A stretch of DNA of 64,000 nucleotides, taken from positions 620,001 through 684,000 of the forward strand of contig JBNJNM010000009.1 in NCBI GenBank assembly GCA_052426225.1. Direction: 5' to 3'. Shown one piece after another: positions 62,389 to 64,000 of this stretch (positions are counted from its first letter, which is position 1; each line of letters starts with the position of its first letter). The notes under the pieces were generated by a model. The model worked only from the letters and a program-made list of their open reading frames with translations, searched no databases and was not told the origin of the DNA. The DNA is from Zancudomyces culisetae HAW-14-8 (Eukaryota; Fungi; Kickxellomycota). The translations under genes were made by a program, and so were the position numbers.

Positions 62389-64000
62389 CTATTTAGTTAT
62401 ATATTTTCCCATCATGAACCACCATTCTAAAAGGAAAATATGTACAATAAAGTAGGGGTTTTAGAGGCATAGGTTTACCAATTTTTTGTTGTTTCCAATA
62501 CAAAATCTCCTGGTCTGAATCTGTGTAAACCCATTTTGATATCCAACAAGGGTTGTGTTAAATCCTCTTTTTCTATTCAAGTCCTGATTAAATTTATGTC
62601 AATTAAATCGATATGCCAGTTAGTACCATAGTTCACGCAAAGAGTTTAAAGCTATACTTTGTATTTTTAATTCAATGGATATATTTATAATTAGATGTAA
62701 GTAAGGATTGTGTACACTTACTTTGCAATTGCCGATAAACCCAGCTCTAGAGAAAGTATATTATATAAAGATATTAAAGTAAGTACATTTACTTCATCCT
62801 GGTTGGTGCAACTCTTTCTCAATCGTACAACACTTTTCAATATTCTGAACATGTGTTAGTATATTAAGATATACCCGATACTCTGGTTAATATGCTGATG
62901 TGTCAATATTAAACTAAATAGTGGTGAAATGCAATAATTAATATTTCAAAAATTACCTGGTGGAAAAGGCATGATAGTTATTCACTACAAAAAGTAGATA
63001 AAGTTGACAAGTCGAGTGAATATAAAGTATGTTAGATATGAAATAATAGTGAGACTACTAAATAGTGCATAAAATATTAAACTAGTTCTCCAAATTTATA
63101 TTTCATACACTAATTTGTAGAGCACAAGACATGGTTGGTACTTACCCTGCGTATATGTAGATATATGTGATGGTATATCGTCATTTTTAGTTCTAAGGCA
63201 AGTATACTCCCTGATAATACACGCTTTTTGGGGGTTACCCATCTTTTGGAAGGCACTGAGTTTTGCTAGGCCCCCGGTTTGAATTGATCGATTCATAATA
63301 CGATGCATGTTAATTTCCTAGTTTTTGGTTGAATTTCGGTAAAATTAGTAGTCGTGAATTAAATGAGCTTAAAGTCTTTGTTGAATATTGTTAGATACCA
63401 ACTATATATTTAGTAATATTTTTATGTTGTAGTTGACTGTGATGATAACAAGATTTTTTTTTGATTGCTTTTATCAATGGAGCGTTTTTTTGAGACGATC
63501 AAACTGTAAAATAATCACCATATTGGAACAAGGCTTTAATTGCTTCATTCTGATTGATGGAATGAGATTTTATAGATCCACTAGATTTTTAGAAACATAT
63601 GATTTTTTTTTGCGATACTTTTCCAAATGCATGTGTTTAATTTTCTTGTTTCAAGTAGCCTGACATTATTCACACAACCTAATTAATTAGCTGGATGAAT
63701 CTTTTAGGACATAAAAGGAGGCAAGCATCGCCTTTCAAGACAGTGTTTGACCATACTCAGATTATTAAAGGTATAATTTGACATGAAAGTCTAGGATAGA
63801 TATTGTCTGTGCAACGAAGTGTGTTAGCTTAGTGTTATTACAGTGATATCATTCAAATCCTGGTTTCTGTGATTTTTTATTTTACACTGGTTTGGTTAAT
63901 ACAAACTCTTTAAAGCACAAATGAGTAGTGTACATAGTGCAAGGCTTGCCAAGTTGAAGAGCGGTGACATTGAGCGTTATAGCATTTTGGGTTTTGGGTT

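Noticed and set aside
63096-64000. Possible gene remnant at the right edge
   Set aside because: Only short interrupted frames with no identifiable product.

Overview
Eukaryotic, AT-rich, intron-containing DNA from a fungus. The gene set and style suggest an early-diverging lineage such as Kickxellomycotina/Harpellales, which is inference. The first 26 kb is a continuous array of about 15 Ty3/Gypsy-type units wedged between two divergently transcribed tRNA genes, tRNA-Glu(CTC) at 30-101 (-) and tRNA-Met(CAT) at 26000-26072 (+). Four units are near-complete gag-pol elements, each with a different tRNA primer-binding site, and about 11 are solo-LTR-like. Units abut through 3-5 nt spacers, many of which are exact 4-bp target-site duplications. 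Each arm points toward its tRNA, the outermost units end 7-8 nt from the mature tRNA 5' end, and decay increases inward, so the array reads as a polarised insertion record. Two solo-LTR-like units carry a small ORF under visible purifying selection, with a PKI-type nuclear-export-signal pattern, that runs off the LTR end in the same phase in both copies. tRNA-Glu appears to be followed after 1 nt by an initiator tRNA-Met cut off by the window edge. The remainder holds ordinary host genes: a PRL-type phosphatase, XPB/SSL2, an adenylate kinase, V-ATPase c', a Bud4/Mid2-like anillin, PEX3, two secreted proteins and a PfkB kinase. It also has a LINE RT relic and a trypsin-like pseudogene. All alignments and counts were done by eye.
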